The notes: generated by a model not told the origin, from the letters alone. DNA of 16,828 nucleotides from Candidatus Thorarchaeota archaeon (GCA_048882485.1 JBHLRP010000055.1:1-16828), one strand, 5' to 3'; counted from the first letter of the stretch, positions 1 to 8,409 are shown. Program-made: numbers and translations.

Positions 1-155
1 TCTTCTGCAACAAGAAGTCCATTTGGAAAAGCGGCATCGACTTGAAAGTCAGCCTCAGTAACGTCTGAGTCAAAGGAGGCGTATCTGTTTGCTAGACGAA
101 TTATATCTTCAATGTCATGAGGTGTGGAGGGACGAATAATCATAGATGCATTCAT
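1..155 (-). CDS. GNAT-family N-acetyltransferase (RimI-like), N-terminal part only; gene runs off the left edge
   Basis: Manual translation from ATG at 155 (alternative ATG at 143) is open to the edge: MNASMIIRPSTPHDIEDIIRLANRYASFDSDVTEADFQVDAAFPNGLLVAE. The 'IIRP...DIEDI..L' start and 'LLVAE' strand are typical of GNAT N-termini. Not in the ORF track. Confidence 0.75.
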   Translation of the reverse strand, partial: MNASMIIRPSTPHDIEDIIRLANRYASFDSDVTEADFQVDAAFPNGLLVAE

Positions 156-362
156 GTGACGCTACTATTTTAATTGGTGTCCTAGTTGAAGTCTGATTAT
201 ACTTGACGACTTAAGTGTGAAGACCGCGTGAAAACAGTGTTTGTGAGAGCAGCCGAGAGAAACAAGCTTGCCGCCGAGGTTGAAAAGCTTGCTGACTATG
301 GTTGTACCAAAATTCTGTACCTGTAGTAAAGAAGATATAACTTGAGGAGATAGGCTATAGCC

Positions 363-869
363 ATGAACGAATCCGATTCATTGGATTCATCAGAGCCTCC
401 GAAAGTTGGTGACTGCGCTCCAGATTTTGTACTACCAACCAGCAATGATGAAGAGACCCATCTAATGGACATGCTGGACAACAGTGTCGTCCTAGTCTTC
501 TTCTCTGAAACCTTCACTCTCTATTCATCAGGTCAGGCAAAAGTCTTCACCCGACTCTGTGAGTCATTAAGCAATATTGGCATCACCTTTCTTGGCATTG
601 CTACGGAGCCGGTCGCTACCCTGAAGACCTTCATCGAAGAGATGGGCATCCCTTTCCTCATGGCAAGTGACTTCGACCGTGTTGTTTCGAAGGCCTATGG
701 CGTCTATGCATCTGAGATTGGTGGACTCAAGTTTGTCGCCAGACCGAGTATCTTTGTCATAGATCGGAAAGGAGTGATTGATTATGTCTGCATCGTTGAA
801 GGTGAACAATCCCTTCCTGATCCGGATGAGATTGCAGAACAAATCATCAGCTCGCGAATGGACGAATGA
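363..869 (+). CDS. AhpC/TSA (peroxiredoxin/redoxin-fold) protein lacking the peroxidatic Cys
   Basis: KVGDCAPDFVLP, VVLVFF, FLMASDFDRVVSKAYGV and SIFVIDRKGVIDY match BCP/AhpE-type segments. The active-site loop reads SETFTLYS instead of PxxxTxxC. GAGGAG SD upstream. Confidence 0.85.
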   Translation: MNESDSLDSSEPPKVGDCAPDFVLPTSNDEETHLMDMLDNSVVLVFFSETFTLYSSGQAKVFTRLCESLSNIGITFLGIATEPVATLKTFIEEMGIPFLMASDFDRVVSKAYGVYASEIGGLKFVARPSIFVIDRKGVIDYVCIVEGEQSLPDPDEIAEQIISSRMDE

Positions 870-870
870 A

Positions 871-1977
871 TTAGACAGAGAACTGTGAGAAGAAGATTAG
901 GACAATCTGGGCTATGATATAAAGGAAAATTAGTGCAAATCCTTCTCTACGGGTCACTCTCCAGTCCTTTCTAATAACATAGAAGAATGCAAATGCAATG
1001 CCCAAGATGAATAGAAGGACCATGACATTGCCAATATGAAGACCAATATTGGCTGGGATGATAATTGGTATTAAACCCAGACCTAATGTTATATTCACGA
1101 TATTACTTCCAATGACATTTCCAATCAATAGACGACCAAACCCTCGCTTTGCGCTATTAACTGAAACCGTGAGTTCAGGAAGCGATGTACTGAGAGCAAC
1201 AATCACCAATCCTATGACACCTTGCTGAACTCCCCACATGTACGTGATGAATTCGCTACCTGAAACTACAAACTGAGCCCCTAGAAGCACAAAGAAAACA
1301 GACAGCAAGATGAGCATTATCTCCTTTATCGGCCGTCTTTCATGACTCACCACAGTGTCGGTGGCTGATTCATCGGCCATAGAATCTGAAATGGTCGAAG
1401 TCTGTTTTGGTCGTAAAGCAAGACCACGAAGGGATGTGAGAAATTGTAGTCTGATAAGGTAGTCAACGAATACATGGAACTGATAGCAAGACTCACATTC
1501 CTCTCTCCTGGTGAATAGGAATGACAGATACGCAAAGAAGAGGAGCAGCAAGATACTTCCTTCCCAGAATACAATGACTCCGGGGGTAAACGGATCTAGA
1601 AGTGTGGCTGCTAAGACGCCCAGAATCAGAATCATGATCTTTGCATCTCGGTCTATCACGACCGCATTGGATGCCAATGGACTGACTACTGCGCTAAGAC
1701 CTATTATCAGGGTCATATTGACCAGAGTGCTCCCCATTACATTTGTGAATGCTAGCTCAGAGTGACCCTCAATTATCGCCACTGAGCTCGAGAAAATCTC
1801 CGGTAATGATGTGCCTATGGCAACTATTGTCAGACCGATGAAAAGCTCGGAAACTCCTTTCTCCTTGGCAAATCGAGATGCAGATTCCACAAAGACATTA
1901 GACCCATAGATGAGGAGAATGAGTCCTATGGCGAAGATGCCTACATTTACCAATGTGAGAACAAGCTGCATCGCCAT
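871..1977 (-). CDS. Calcium/sodium antiporter (CaCA family, YrbG/NCX_Mj-like)
   Basis: About 10 hydrophobic segments and two alpha-repeats: IGLTIVAIGTSLPE...NVMGS and IGLVIVALSTSLPE...GNVIGSNIVN. Confidence 0.93.
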   Translation of the reverse strand: MAMQLVLTLVNVGIFAIGLILLIYGSNVFVESASRFAKEKGVSELFIGLTIVAIGTSLPEIFSSSVAIIEGHSELAFTNVMGSTLVNMTLIIGLSAVVSPLASNAVVIDRDAKIMILILGVLAATLLDPFTPGVIVFWEGSILLLLFFAYLSFLFTRREECESCYQFHVFVDYLIRLQFLTSLRGLALRPKQTSTISDSMADESATDTVVSHERRPIKEIMLILLSVFFVLLGAQFVVSGSEFITYMWGVQQGVIGLVIVALSTSLPELTVSVNSAKRGFGRLLIGNVIGSNIVNITLGLGLIPIIIPANIGLHIGNVMVLLFILGIAFAFFYVIRKDWRVTRREGFALIFLYIIAQIVLIFFSQFSV

Positions 1978-2174
1978 TGTCTGAGACCCTACTGTTTCAT
2001 TCGATTGAGTTCTTTTTTGCTATTTCAGGTCTATGAAGATATCTGAATGACCTTGGGTGTAATCCAGATTCAATTTAAGAGAGGGTTTCACTAGTTGGCA
2101 CATTACTCGCTAATCCAGTACTCTCCTCTGCCACTACTGGAAGAGAGAGATTGAACATAGGAGGTCTGCTGAGA

Positions 2175-4325
2175 GTGACAGCAGAAACGACTGGAAATGG
2201 GAAGAATCTACCATCAAGGGCAACCAGAGTTCTGCGGCCTGTAGTCCTGATAGCCGGTGTTCTGACAATTCACATGTTCTTCTTCAGTTTCATAGCTCTG
2301 ATTATCGGTGTAGCCTTCTTTCTACTATCCAAAGAGCCAGTATGGAAGCGTCATGGAATAATCATGGCAGCCTGTGCGAGTGTCAGTACCTATATTGCGG
2401 ATTACGGACTGGGCTTATCTCCATTGAAGCTGGCCTTCTTTTATGGTACCATTCCGTTTGTGGCCTACCTAGCAGTCCATGTTGTGTGGGAGATCTTTCT
2501 GAGGAAACGGGTTGACACGTCGCGATGGACAGACAGGTTGTATTCCTTTACAAAATCTCTACCGAGACTAGCAAAGGTGGTGGCAATGCTTCTCATAGTC
2601 TTGGCACCAGTCACACTCTGGTCAAGCGTAAACATCAATCTTGGAGTCATGTTTGACAACAGACCTCGGCTGCTATGGGTAAATGTTCCATCCGTTGCAG
2701 ACACTGGTTCTGAGTTCGATCTCACTGTTGAGGCCTGGGATGCCTATGAGCGGCTGAGTGCTGTGTACAAGGGCACGGTGCATTTCTCACTTGAGTCCTA
2801 CAACTTGACAACCCATGCAACAATCCAGACTGTATCCGCGGATCTGCCAGAGGCCTATACCTTCTCAGGACAGACATTCGGTTCAGACATTGCATATGAG
2901 ATTAGAGATGGAAAAGACAATGGTATGCATGTGTTCACAGTCACCATAGACACTCCTGGCATTCACTATCTGCTGGTGGACGATTCTGTGACTGAGAATA
3001 TCTACTACAGCAATCCCATAATCGTGAGGGATTTACTTGATACCGACCCCTGTATATACTGGGGTGACATTCACACACATTCTGAGCTCTCTGATGGATC
3101 TGGCACAGCAGAGCATTCATTCTACTATGGACGGTATGTTGCATGCTTGGACTTCATGGCACTCACTGACCATGGTGAAATCATGATGTGGAATCCTTGG
3201 TCTGTCGGTATACTTGAAAACGCAGCTAATGCTGCGTACGAACCAGAGGAATTTGTCGCTTTTCAAGGGACTGAGTGGACCGATGTGGTGACAGGGCATT
3301 ATACATGTATTTTCAGCGGTGATCAGTTGATAAAGGACCCACTCCTTTCATACCTCTCTCTTCCAACGCCTGACACACTCTGGGCTGCCCTCGATGATTT
3401 CACCGAGTCAACCGGCTGCAGTGCACTGGCACTTCCCCATCACACAACACAACTGGCCTACATCCAAGACTGGACATACATGAATCCGAAATACGTCAAG
3501 ATTGCAGAGGTTACTTCAGTACATGGGGCGTTTCTCTATGAGCAGAGGCACTCATTGAATTATGTAGGCGCAATTGATCCTCCACCCGAGTATGTGAACG
3601 GATCCTCTGTCATGGATGCCTTGAGGATGGGCTATCGAATGACCCTGTATGCTTCGAGTGATGAACACGATGGACATCCAGGACACTCTCTCAGCCACAC
3701 GCCTGCATACGTCGGACACCAACGGCCTTGGAGCATGTGGCAGACCCGCAACGAGCATCCCTATCCTGGAGGGCTTGTTGCTGTCTATGCAGAGAATCTC
3801 ACTCGAGAGTCTATTTTCTTCGGACTTGATAGCCAGCGAATCTTTGCAAACTCGGACCATGGTCGTCCCATCATAGATTTTTCAATAAATGGAACAAGAG
3901 TTGGTGATGGGGCCACTCTTATTGTTGATAACGGTTTAGACTCACGAGAGATATCCGTGTTCCTAGCCCAAGATGGTGCACCTGCAGGAACAGAACATAC
4001 AGCGGCTTCAGTCTTTCCTAATTGGAGTCCTGATTGGGGTGCCACAGTGGAGATAATCAAGAATGGTGAACTTCTTGTTCAGATTCCAATAGACAGTCCA
4101 GTGGTCAACATCACCTACATTGATTCAGCATCTATCACTGGAACTTCCTATGCTGAGAGTTGTGTGCTGAGGAATGGACAATACTATACTAATGATTATA
4201 GTGACAATCCTGTTAATCCCCTGCTTCTGAACACTGGTGGTGCAGACTTCTACATAGTGCGTATAGTGGGACAAAACGGGCGAATTACTTATGCCGGACC
4301 AATCTGGGTGGAAGTTTCTATCTAG
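2175..4325 (+). CDS. Membrane-anchored PHP-fold metallohydrolase (DUF3604 / CehA-McbA-like) with an Ig-like domain
   Basis: N-terminal TM helices, a beta-rich segment (FDLTVEAWDAY...YKGTVHFS), and PHP motifs WGDIHTHSELSDG, ALTDH, GTEWT..GH, LPHH, EVTSVHG, ASSDEHDGHPG. Start moved from the ORF-track TTG 2151 to GTG 2175, which has a GGAGGT SD upstream. Confidence 0.82.
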   Translation: MTAETTGNGKNLPSRATRVLRPVVLIAGVLTIHMFFFSFIALIIGVAFFLLSKEPVWKRHGIIMAACASVSTYIADYGLGLSPLKLAFFYGTIPFVAYLAVHVVWEIFLRKRVDTSRWTDRLYSFTKSLPRLAKVVAMLLIVLAPVTLWSSVNINLGVMFDNRPRLLWVNVPSVADTGSEFDLTVEAWDAYERLSAVYKGTVHFSLESYNLTTHATIQTVSADLPEAYTFSGQTFGSDIAYEIRDGKDNGMHVFTVTIDTPGIHYLLVDDSVTENIYYSNPIIVRDLLDTDPCIYWGDIHTHSELSDGSGTAEHSFYYGRYVACLDFMALTDHGEIMMWNPWSVGILENAANAAYEPEEFVAFQGTEWTDVVTGHYTCIFSGDQLIKDPLLSYLSLPTPDTLWAALDDFTESTGCSALALPHHTTQLAYIQDWTYMNPKYVKIAEVTSVHGAFLYEQRHSLNYVGAIDPPPEYVNGSSVMDALRMGYRMTLYASSDEHDGHPGHSLSHTPAYVGHQRPWSMWQTRNEHPYPGGLVAVYAENLTRESIFFGLDSQRIFANSDHGRPIIDFSINGTRVGDGATLIVDNGLDSREISVFLAQDGAPAGTEHTAASVFPNWSPDWGATVEIIKNGELLVQIPIDSPVVNITYIDSASITGTSYAESCVLRNGQYYTNDYSDNPVNPLLLNTGGADFYIVRIVGQNGRITYAGPIWVEVSI

Positions 4326-4409
4326 ATGCAAATTGAAAGCGAGTGTTCCTACAACCGGCTCACACCAAATGAGGACTCTATAGGAAGACTATTAACGATT
4401 GTTAGTAAA

Positions 4410-4425
4410 GTTAGACGCGTCTAAC
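4410..4425. promoter_or_regulatory. Putative DtxR/MntR-family (metal-responsive) operator
   Basis: Perfect 16-bp palindrome GTTAGACGCGTCTAAC (TTAG-N6-CTAA core) ending 2 nt before the FTR1 ATG. TATA-like TATTAA at 4390-4395. Confidence 0.65.
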
Positions 4426-4426
4426 A

Positions 4427-5311
4427 ATGATAGTCGCACCGACCATTATTTCATTAAGAGAAGGCATTGAGGCCGCTCTAGTTATCGCAGTTATGCTGTC
4501 ATACATTCGTAAAACGAACAGAGATGATTTGCGGCGATTTGTCTTAGGTGGAGCAGGCGTGGCACTGGTTTCTAGTGTAGGAATAGCACTTGTCATGGGC
4601 TTAGTCTGGGGCATTCTTGAAGGTCCCGTCTTGGCTACGTTCGAAGGAGTCGTTGTCCTCGTAGCGGCACTTCTCTTGACAACCATGATTCTATGGATGT
4701 GGAAAGCAGGCCCGAATGTTGCAACGGATATTGAGGACTCGGTGGAGAGGAAATCTCTAAGTCAGAGCGGCTTAGGAGTGGCGCTTCTGAGCTTCGCGCT
4801 TGTGATGAGAGAAGGTGTCGAGTTGGTGCTGTTCAGCATGGCATTAGTAATCCAAGACGGACTGCAAGTGTATCTAGGTGTGACCCTTGGGCTACTGTTT
4901 GCTGTGGTCATAGGATTGGGAATCTATCAGGGATCATTAAGAATCAGTCTGAAGTCCTTCTTCAAATGGACATCAGCCTTTCTTATCCTAGTTGCTGCAG
5001 GGATGGTAGCCTATGGCATCCATGAGCTTCAAGAGGCCGGCCTACTTCTTATTGGACCCCTTGAGATATGGAACATTAATCCTCCAGTTCTTCCTGATGG
5101 GAGTTATCCATTGCTCCATGACAAGGGTCTGATTGGTGGGTTGCTTAAGGCCATGTTTGGATATAATGGGAACCCATCATTTCTGGAAGTGACTGGATAC
5201 GTTCTGTATCTGATGATACTCGCTGGATATTATGCATATCAGCAGCGTCTATCATCAGCGAACATTGCAGTCAAGACTCATGCGGAAGATCTGCCCCAAG
5301 TTACTGCTTAA
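4427..5311 (+). CDS. FTR1/EfeU-family high-affinity iron permease
   Basis: Two RExxE motifs (LREGIEAALV, MREGVELVLF), about 7 TM helices, AAGMVAYGIHELQEAG, and the LKAMFGYNGNPS terminal motif. Confidence 0.95.
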   Translation: MIVAPTIISLREGIEAALVIAVMLSYIRKTNRDDLRRFVLGGAGVALVSSVGIALVMGLVWGILEGPVLATFEGVVVLVAALLLTTMILWMWKAGPNVATDIEDSVERKSLSQSGLGVALLSFALVMREGVELVLFSMALVIQDGLQVYLGVTLGLLFAVVIGLGIYQGSLRISLKSFFKWTSAFLILVAAGMVAYGIHELQEAGLLLIGPLEIWNINPPVLPDGSYPLLHDKGLIGGLLKAMFGYNGNPSFLEVTGYVLYLMILAGYYAYQQRLSSANIAVKTHAEDLPQVTA

Positions 5312-5552
5312 TGTTTTCAAAGCTCATCAATCCATACATAGAAATAGACAGATTCGCACAACCAGAATGAACTAGAGAGTAAATGATTGCTTTGTGTTCT
5401 TTATTATATGATAGGAACACTCAGGCCTTGTAAATCGTGTCCAGTTGGGATACCAGAATAGAAAGGCACTCAAGTTGCACCTCTAAAATCAAATCATAAT
5501 GAGGGGAAAAATAAAGATGAAAGTAAAACAACGGAGAGAGGGTGCTAGACAA

Positions 5553-6371
5553 ATGACAAAAGCCCAAAGACCGAGACTCACCCTGAAGGAAAGAGTGCGC
5601 AAGGAATTGGGGAAGAATGAATTATGCGCTATTGCCTTTGACGAACTTGAGAACGACATAGAAGTCCAAGCTCTACTTGAAGATTCAAACCGTATGGCCA
5701 TAGATAGGATGGGCTATTCAGACCACGGTCATACCCACTCATTGATTGTGGCACAGAACGGAGTCCGCCTTTTCAGAGCACTTGTCAAGGGGCTTCAACC
5801 TTCAATTGTACAGGAGGAAACAGGCACGCAACAGGATGCAGAGTTAATCGTCTTTGTTGGTTGTTACCTTCATGACATAGGAATGGTAGTGGCCCGCGAA
5901 AATCATGACATATTCACTGTGTTTTTGGCCACGCCCATACTCGAGAGAATACTGGAAAAAGTCTACCCAAAGGATCGCCACAAACAGGTCCATGTTCGTG
6001 GACACATCCAGCATGCAATCTATACCCATGACATTGCAGCTCCGCCGCTGACTGTCGAAGCTGGCATTGTGGGAATCGCGGACGCACTGGACATGACGAA
6101 AGGCCGTGCAAGAATCCCGTTCGAGGCTGGAAGTGTCAATATCCACTCTGCGTCAGCTATGGCAATTGAGCGAGTGAATATTCGCAAGGGAGAGGATAAG
6201 ACGGTTCGAATTGAGGTAATCATGAATAATGCATCGGGAATCTTCCAGATTCAGGAGCTACTGGAAAAGAAAGTGAGAAGCTCTCCTGCACTTCTGGACC
6301 ATATAGAGCTCTATGCTGTCATGTCAACCAAAGAAGAGTCAATCCTGGAAGAAGAACTCAAGGTTTTGTAA
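5553..6371 (+). CDS. HD-domain metal-dependent phosphohydrolase (COG3294-like)
   Basis: DHGHTHSLIVAQNG, YLHDIG, HAIYTHD and GIADALDMTKGRAR motifs. Start placed at ATG 5553 (purine-rich GGAGAGAGGGTG upstream) rather than 5499. Confidence 0.9.
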   Translation: MTKAQRPRLTLKERVRKELGKNELCAIAFDELENDIEVQALLEDSNRMAIDRMGYSDHGHTHSLIVAQNGVRLFRALVKGLQPSIVQEETGTQQDAELIVFVGCYLHDIGMVVARENHDIFTVFLATPILERILEKVYPKDRHKQVHVRGHIQHAIYTHDIAAPPLTVEAGIVGIADALDMTKGRARIPFEAGSVNIHSASAMAIERVNIRKGEDKTVRIEVIMNNASGIFQIQELLEKKVRSSPALLDHIELYAVMSTKEESILEEELKVL

Positions 6372-6449
6372 AACGGTCATAGATTTGAGAGTGTTGAGTC
6401 GTTATTCGGCGATTTCGAACGCTTTCAATTCCGAGTTCATTCATAGCAG

Positions 6450-6459
6450 TTAATATATA
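6450..6459 (+). promoter_or_regulatory. Archaeal TATA box for the lrp-JAMM genes
   Basis: TTAATATATA about 45-50 nt upstream of the Lrp start codon. Confidence 0.5.
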
Positions 6460-6502
6460 TGTACGATAGCGCGCATCTTTTGCTGGCTCTTCGCCCATTA
6501 TA

Positions 6503-6955
6503 ATGGAGCTTGATACAATGACACTTGACGAGATTGACGAAAAAATCATCTCGATGCTACAAGACGATGGACGCCGATCGTATAGCGAAATCGCCGAAGC
6601 CGCAAAGAGGACTGAAGTGACCATTCGTCGCCGAGTAAAACGGCTCATCGATGAGGGATACATCAAGAAATTCACTGTTATCTTAGACCCCATGAAAATG
6701 GGGCGCAAAATCCGTGCCATCATTCGAGTTAAGACAGTGATGAAAGAGGCTACAGTTATCTCCAAGAAAGTCCAGCATTTCAGCGAAGTGGACGAGGCCT
6801 ATTTCTTAGATGGCGCTTGTGGAATAATGCTCAAGGTCACCGTAGACGACTTGGCAAATCTTAGAGAGTTTCTCGAGCTAAAACTTGGCAAGGTCCCTGG
6901 CGTAGGCGAAATAGAGACTTGCATTGTTCTTGAAGACATCAAGCCTCCATACTAA
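6503..6955 (+). CDS. Lrp/AsnC-family transcriptional regulator
   Basis: LDEIDEKIISMLQDDGRRSYSEIAE...VTIRRRVKRLIDEGYIKKF wHTH followed by a RAM domain. Confidence 0.95.
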   Translation: MELDTMTLDEIDEKIISMLQDDGRRSYSEIAEAAKRTEVTIRRRVKRLIDEGYIKKFTVILDPMKMGRKIRAIIRVKTVMKEATVISKKVQHFSEVDEAYFLDGACGIMLKVTVDDLANLREFLELKLGKVPGVGEIETCIVLEDIKPPY

Positions 6956-6977
6956 TGGTAGAGCATGGTGAGTTCTG

Positions 6978-7391
6978 GTGCAACTTGTGCTGCGCCTGTC
7001 TGAGGATGATCTGAATGAACTACATACGCATGCTGACCAGAGTCTACCGCTTGAAGCCGCAGCTCTTCTGTTTGGTTTTGTTAAGGATAATGATGTAATT
7101 GTAAGTCATATTGAACTTGTGCCGAATACTGCAAAGTCAAGAACATCCTTCTCAGTAGATCCTGAAACAGAATACAGGCTTTTAGTAGAGGCCGAAGAAC
7201 GGGGAGAGGACTTGGTTGGTATTTTTCACTCACATCCCGCGCCGCCTAGACCTTCCTCCAGTGACTTACGAAATATGCGTCTGAATCCAGTGGTCTGGAT
7301 TATATCCTCAAAATTAACAGGGAATTGGAAAAGTCGCGCATTCATTCTGGATGAAGACAACTTGAAAGAAGTCGATCTAGATTTGACATAG
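6978..7391 (+). CDS. JAMM/MPN+ (Mov34, M67) metallo-isopeptidase, desampylase-like
   Basis: PLEAAALLFG catalytic Glu and GIFHSHPAPPRPSSSD (HxH-x7-S-x2-D JAMM motif). GTG start with GGTGAG SD. Confidence 0.93.
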   Translation: MQLVLRLSEDDLNELHTHADQSLPLEAAALLFGFVKDNDVIVSHIELVPNTAKSRTSFSVDPETEYRLLVEAEERGEDLVGIFHSHPAPPRPSSSDLRNMRLNPVVWIISSKLTGNWKSRAFILDEDNLKEVDLDLT

Positions 7392-7399
7392 AAGTCGAC

Positions 7400-7708
7400 T
7401 CAAGTCTTGAGTCCCTTAAGAGTGCCTGACGTCTTCTTGGGTTCGAAAGACACACTGGTCTTTCCTATTGACCCTATTAGAACGGCCGAGGTTATCACCT
7501 GTTCCAGCACCGCTGCATTGCATTGGAGTATGCCAATTCCACTGTCTTCATTGTACTCGCTTAGATACAGTCTGGAGTCGGCAACTGCTACCTCTCCATA
7601 AAGAGAGAGCAGGTTCCTCCTAATTTCTGTAACAAGCATCTTGTCATTGACTGGACTGCCTTTCCTATGCAGACAAAACCGAAGGTAGCGCTTTCTTCGT
7701 CCCTTCAT
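7400..7708 (-). CDS. rnp2: Ribonuclease P protein component 2 (Pop5/Rpp14)
   Basis: RRKRYLRF N-terminus, LYGE, GILQC and TSGTLK C-terminal motif. Overlaps the Rpp30 stop (ATGA). Confidence 0.92.
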   Translation of the reverse strand: MKGRRKRYLRFCLHRKGSPVNDKMLVTEIRRNLLSLYGEVAVADSRLYLSEYNEDSGIGILQCNAAVLEQVITSAVLIGSIGKTSVSFEPKKTSGTLKGLKT

Positions 7709-8394
7709 TCAGTTTCACCTCTTTTGACCACATCAACGCCAGGTGCTATGAAATCTGGGCTCAATCGCTTTCTGTTTCTGTCAATGATACCTTGTGGTCC
7801 CTCATGAACCGCAGTCTTTGTGTAGTGCCAGTCCATGCCAAGCAGTAGTCCTGCATATCGCATTGCAGTCGGCGATCTCATGGACATCATGTTCCTTGAG
7901 TCGCTTGAGAGAATCACCTGCATTTTAGCTCCCACAGCAGTGTGCACATTCTCTCTGAAGACTTTGATAATTTTGGACCTTGCCAAGCCAGATGACTTTA
8001 GAAGTGGTCTTATAGGGATTTCAAGTGCCGCGCCTGAAACAGCAGCTAGTTTTGCAGTACTCTCTCGCAAGATACACTCATTATTGGGCTTGTCAAGTGT
8101 CAAGAGGTCTACACGCTCATCCTCAGCAGCCCAGTTGGCAATATCTACTCCTCGTAGAGGGATTGCTACCACAGCCGCGCTTGAACGTGCTTCCTTTACA
8201 GCTTTCTTTGCAGCACTGAGACCGCTCTCTGGCAAGTTTGCTCGTGTAAATAGATTCATACCACTCTCCAGAGTCTCAAAAGGCTCGTCCCTTTCAAGAA
8301 CTGTGGTGAATCCAGTCCATCCAAGTTTTGTTGCCATTTTGACAAAAGAGTCCAAGTTCTTTGAGGTCGGGCTCACATTCAAGTCAATTGGCAT
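7705..8394 (-). CDS. rnp3: Ribonuclease P protein component 3 (Rpp30)
   Basis: IDLNV, NWAAEDERVDLL, AKLAA...ALEI, ILSSDS..MSMRSP and FIAPGV motifs, in the conserved position downstream of rpl15e. Confidence 0.92.
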   Translation of the reverse strand: MPIDLNVSPTSKNLDSFVKMATKLGWTGFTTVLERDEPFETLESGMNLFTRANLPESGLSAAKKAVKEARSSAAVVAIPLRGVDIANWAAEDERVDLLTLDKPNNECILRESTAKLAAVSGAALEIPIRPLLKSSGLARSKIIKVFRENVHTAVGAKMQVILSSDSRNMMSMRSPTAMRYAGLLLGMDWHYTKTAVHEGPQGIIDRNRKRLSPDFIAPGVDVVKRGETE

Positions 8395-8409
8395 CGGTTC
8401 ACCTCGACG

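Noticed and set aside
353-362. 10-bp palindrome GGCTATAGCC before the redoxin ATG
   Set aside because: Palindromes of this length are expected by chance in 17 kb, and there is no second copy.
2115-2150. TCCAGTA...TACTGGA hairpin upstream of the PHP hydrolase
   Set aside because: A 7-bp stem with a long loop that does not cover the likely SD or start; compatible with chance.
5312-5552. Long intergenic region examined for tRNA, SECIS, riboswitch or CRISPR repeats
   Set aside because: No cloverleaf, no AUGA/AA/GA SECIS geometry and no periodic repeats; only the short hairpin and repeat already reported.
6358-6765. 135-aa - strand ORF
   Set aside because: Antisense to the well-supported Lrp gene, with no recognisable domain.
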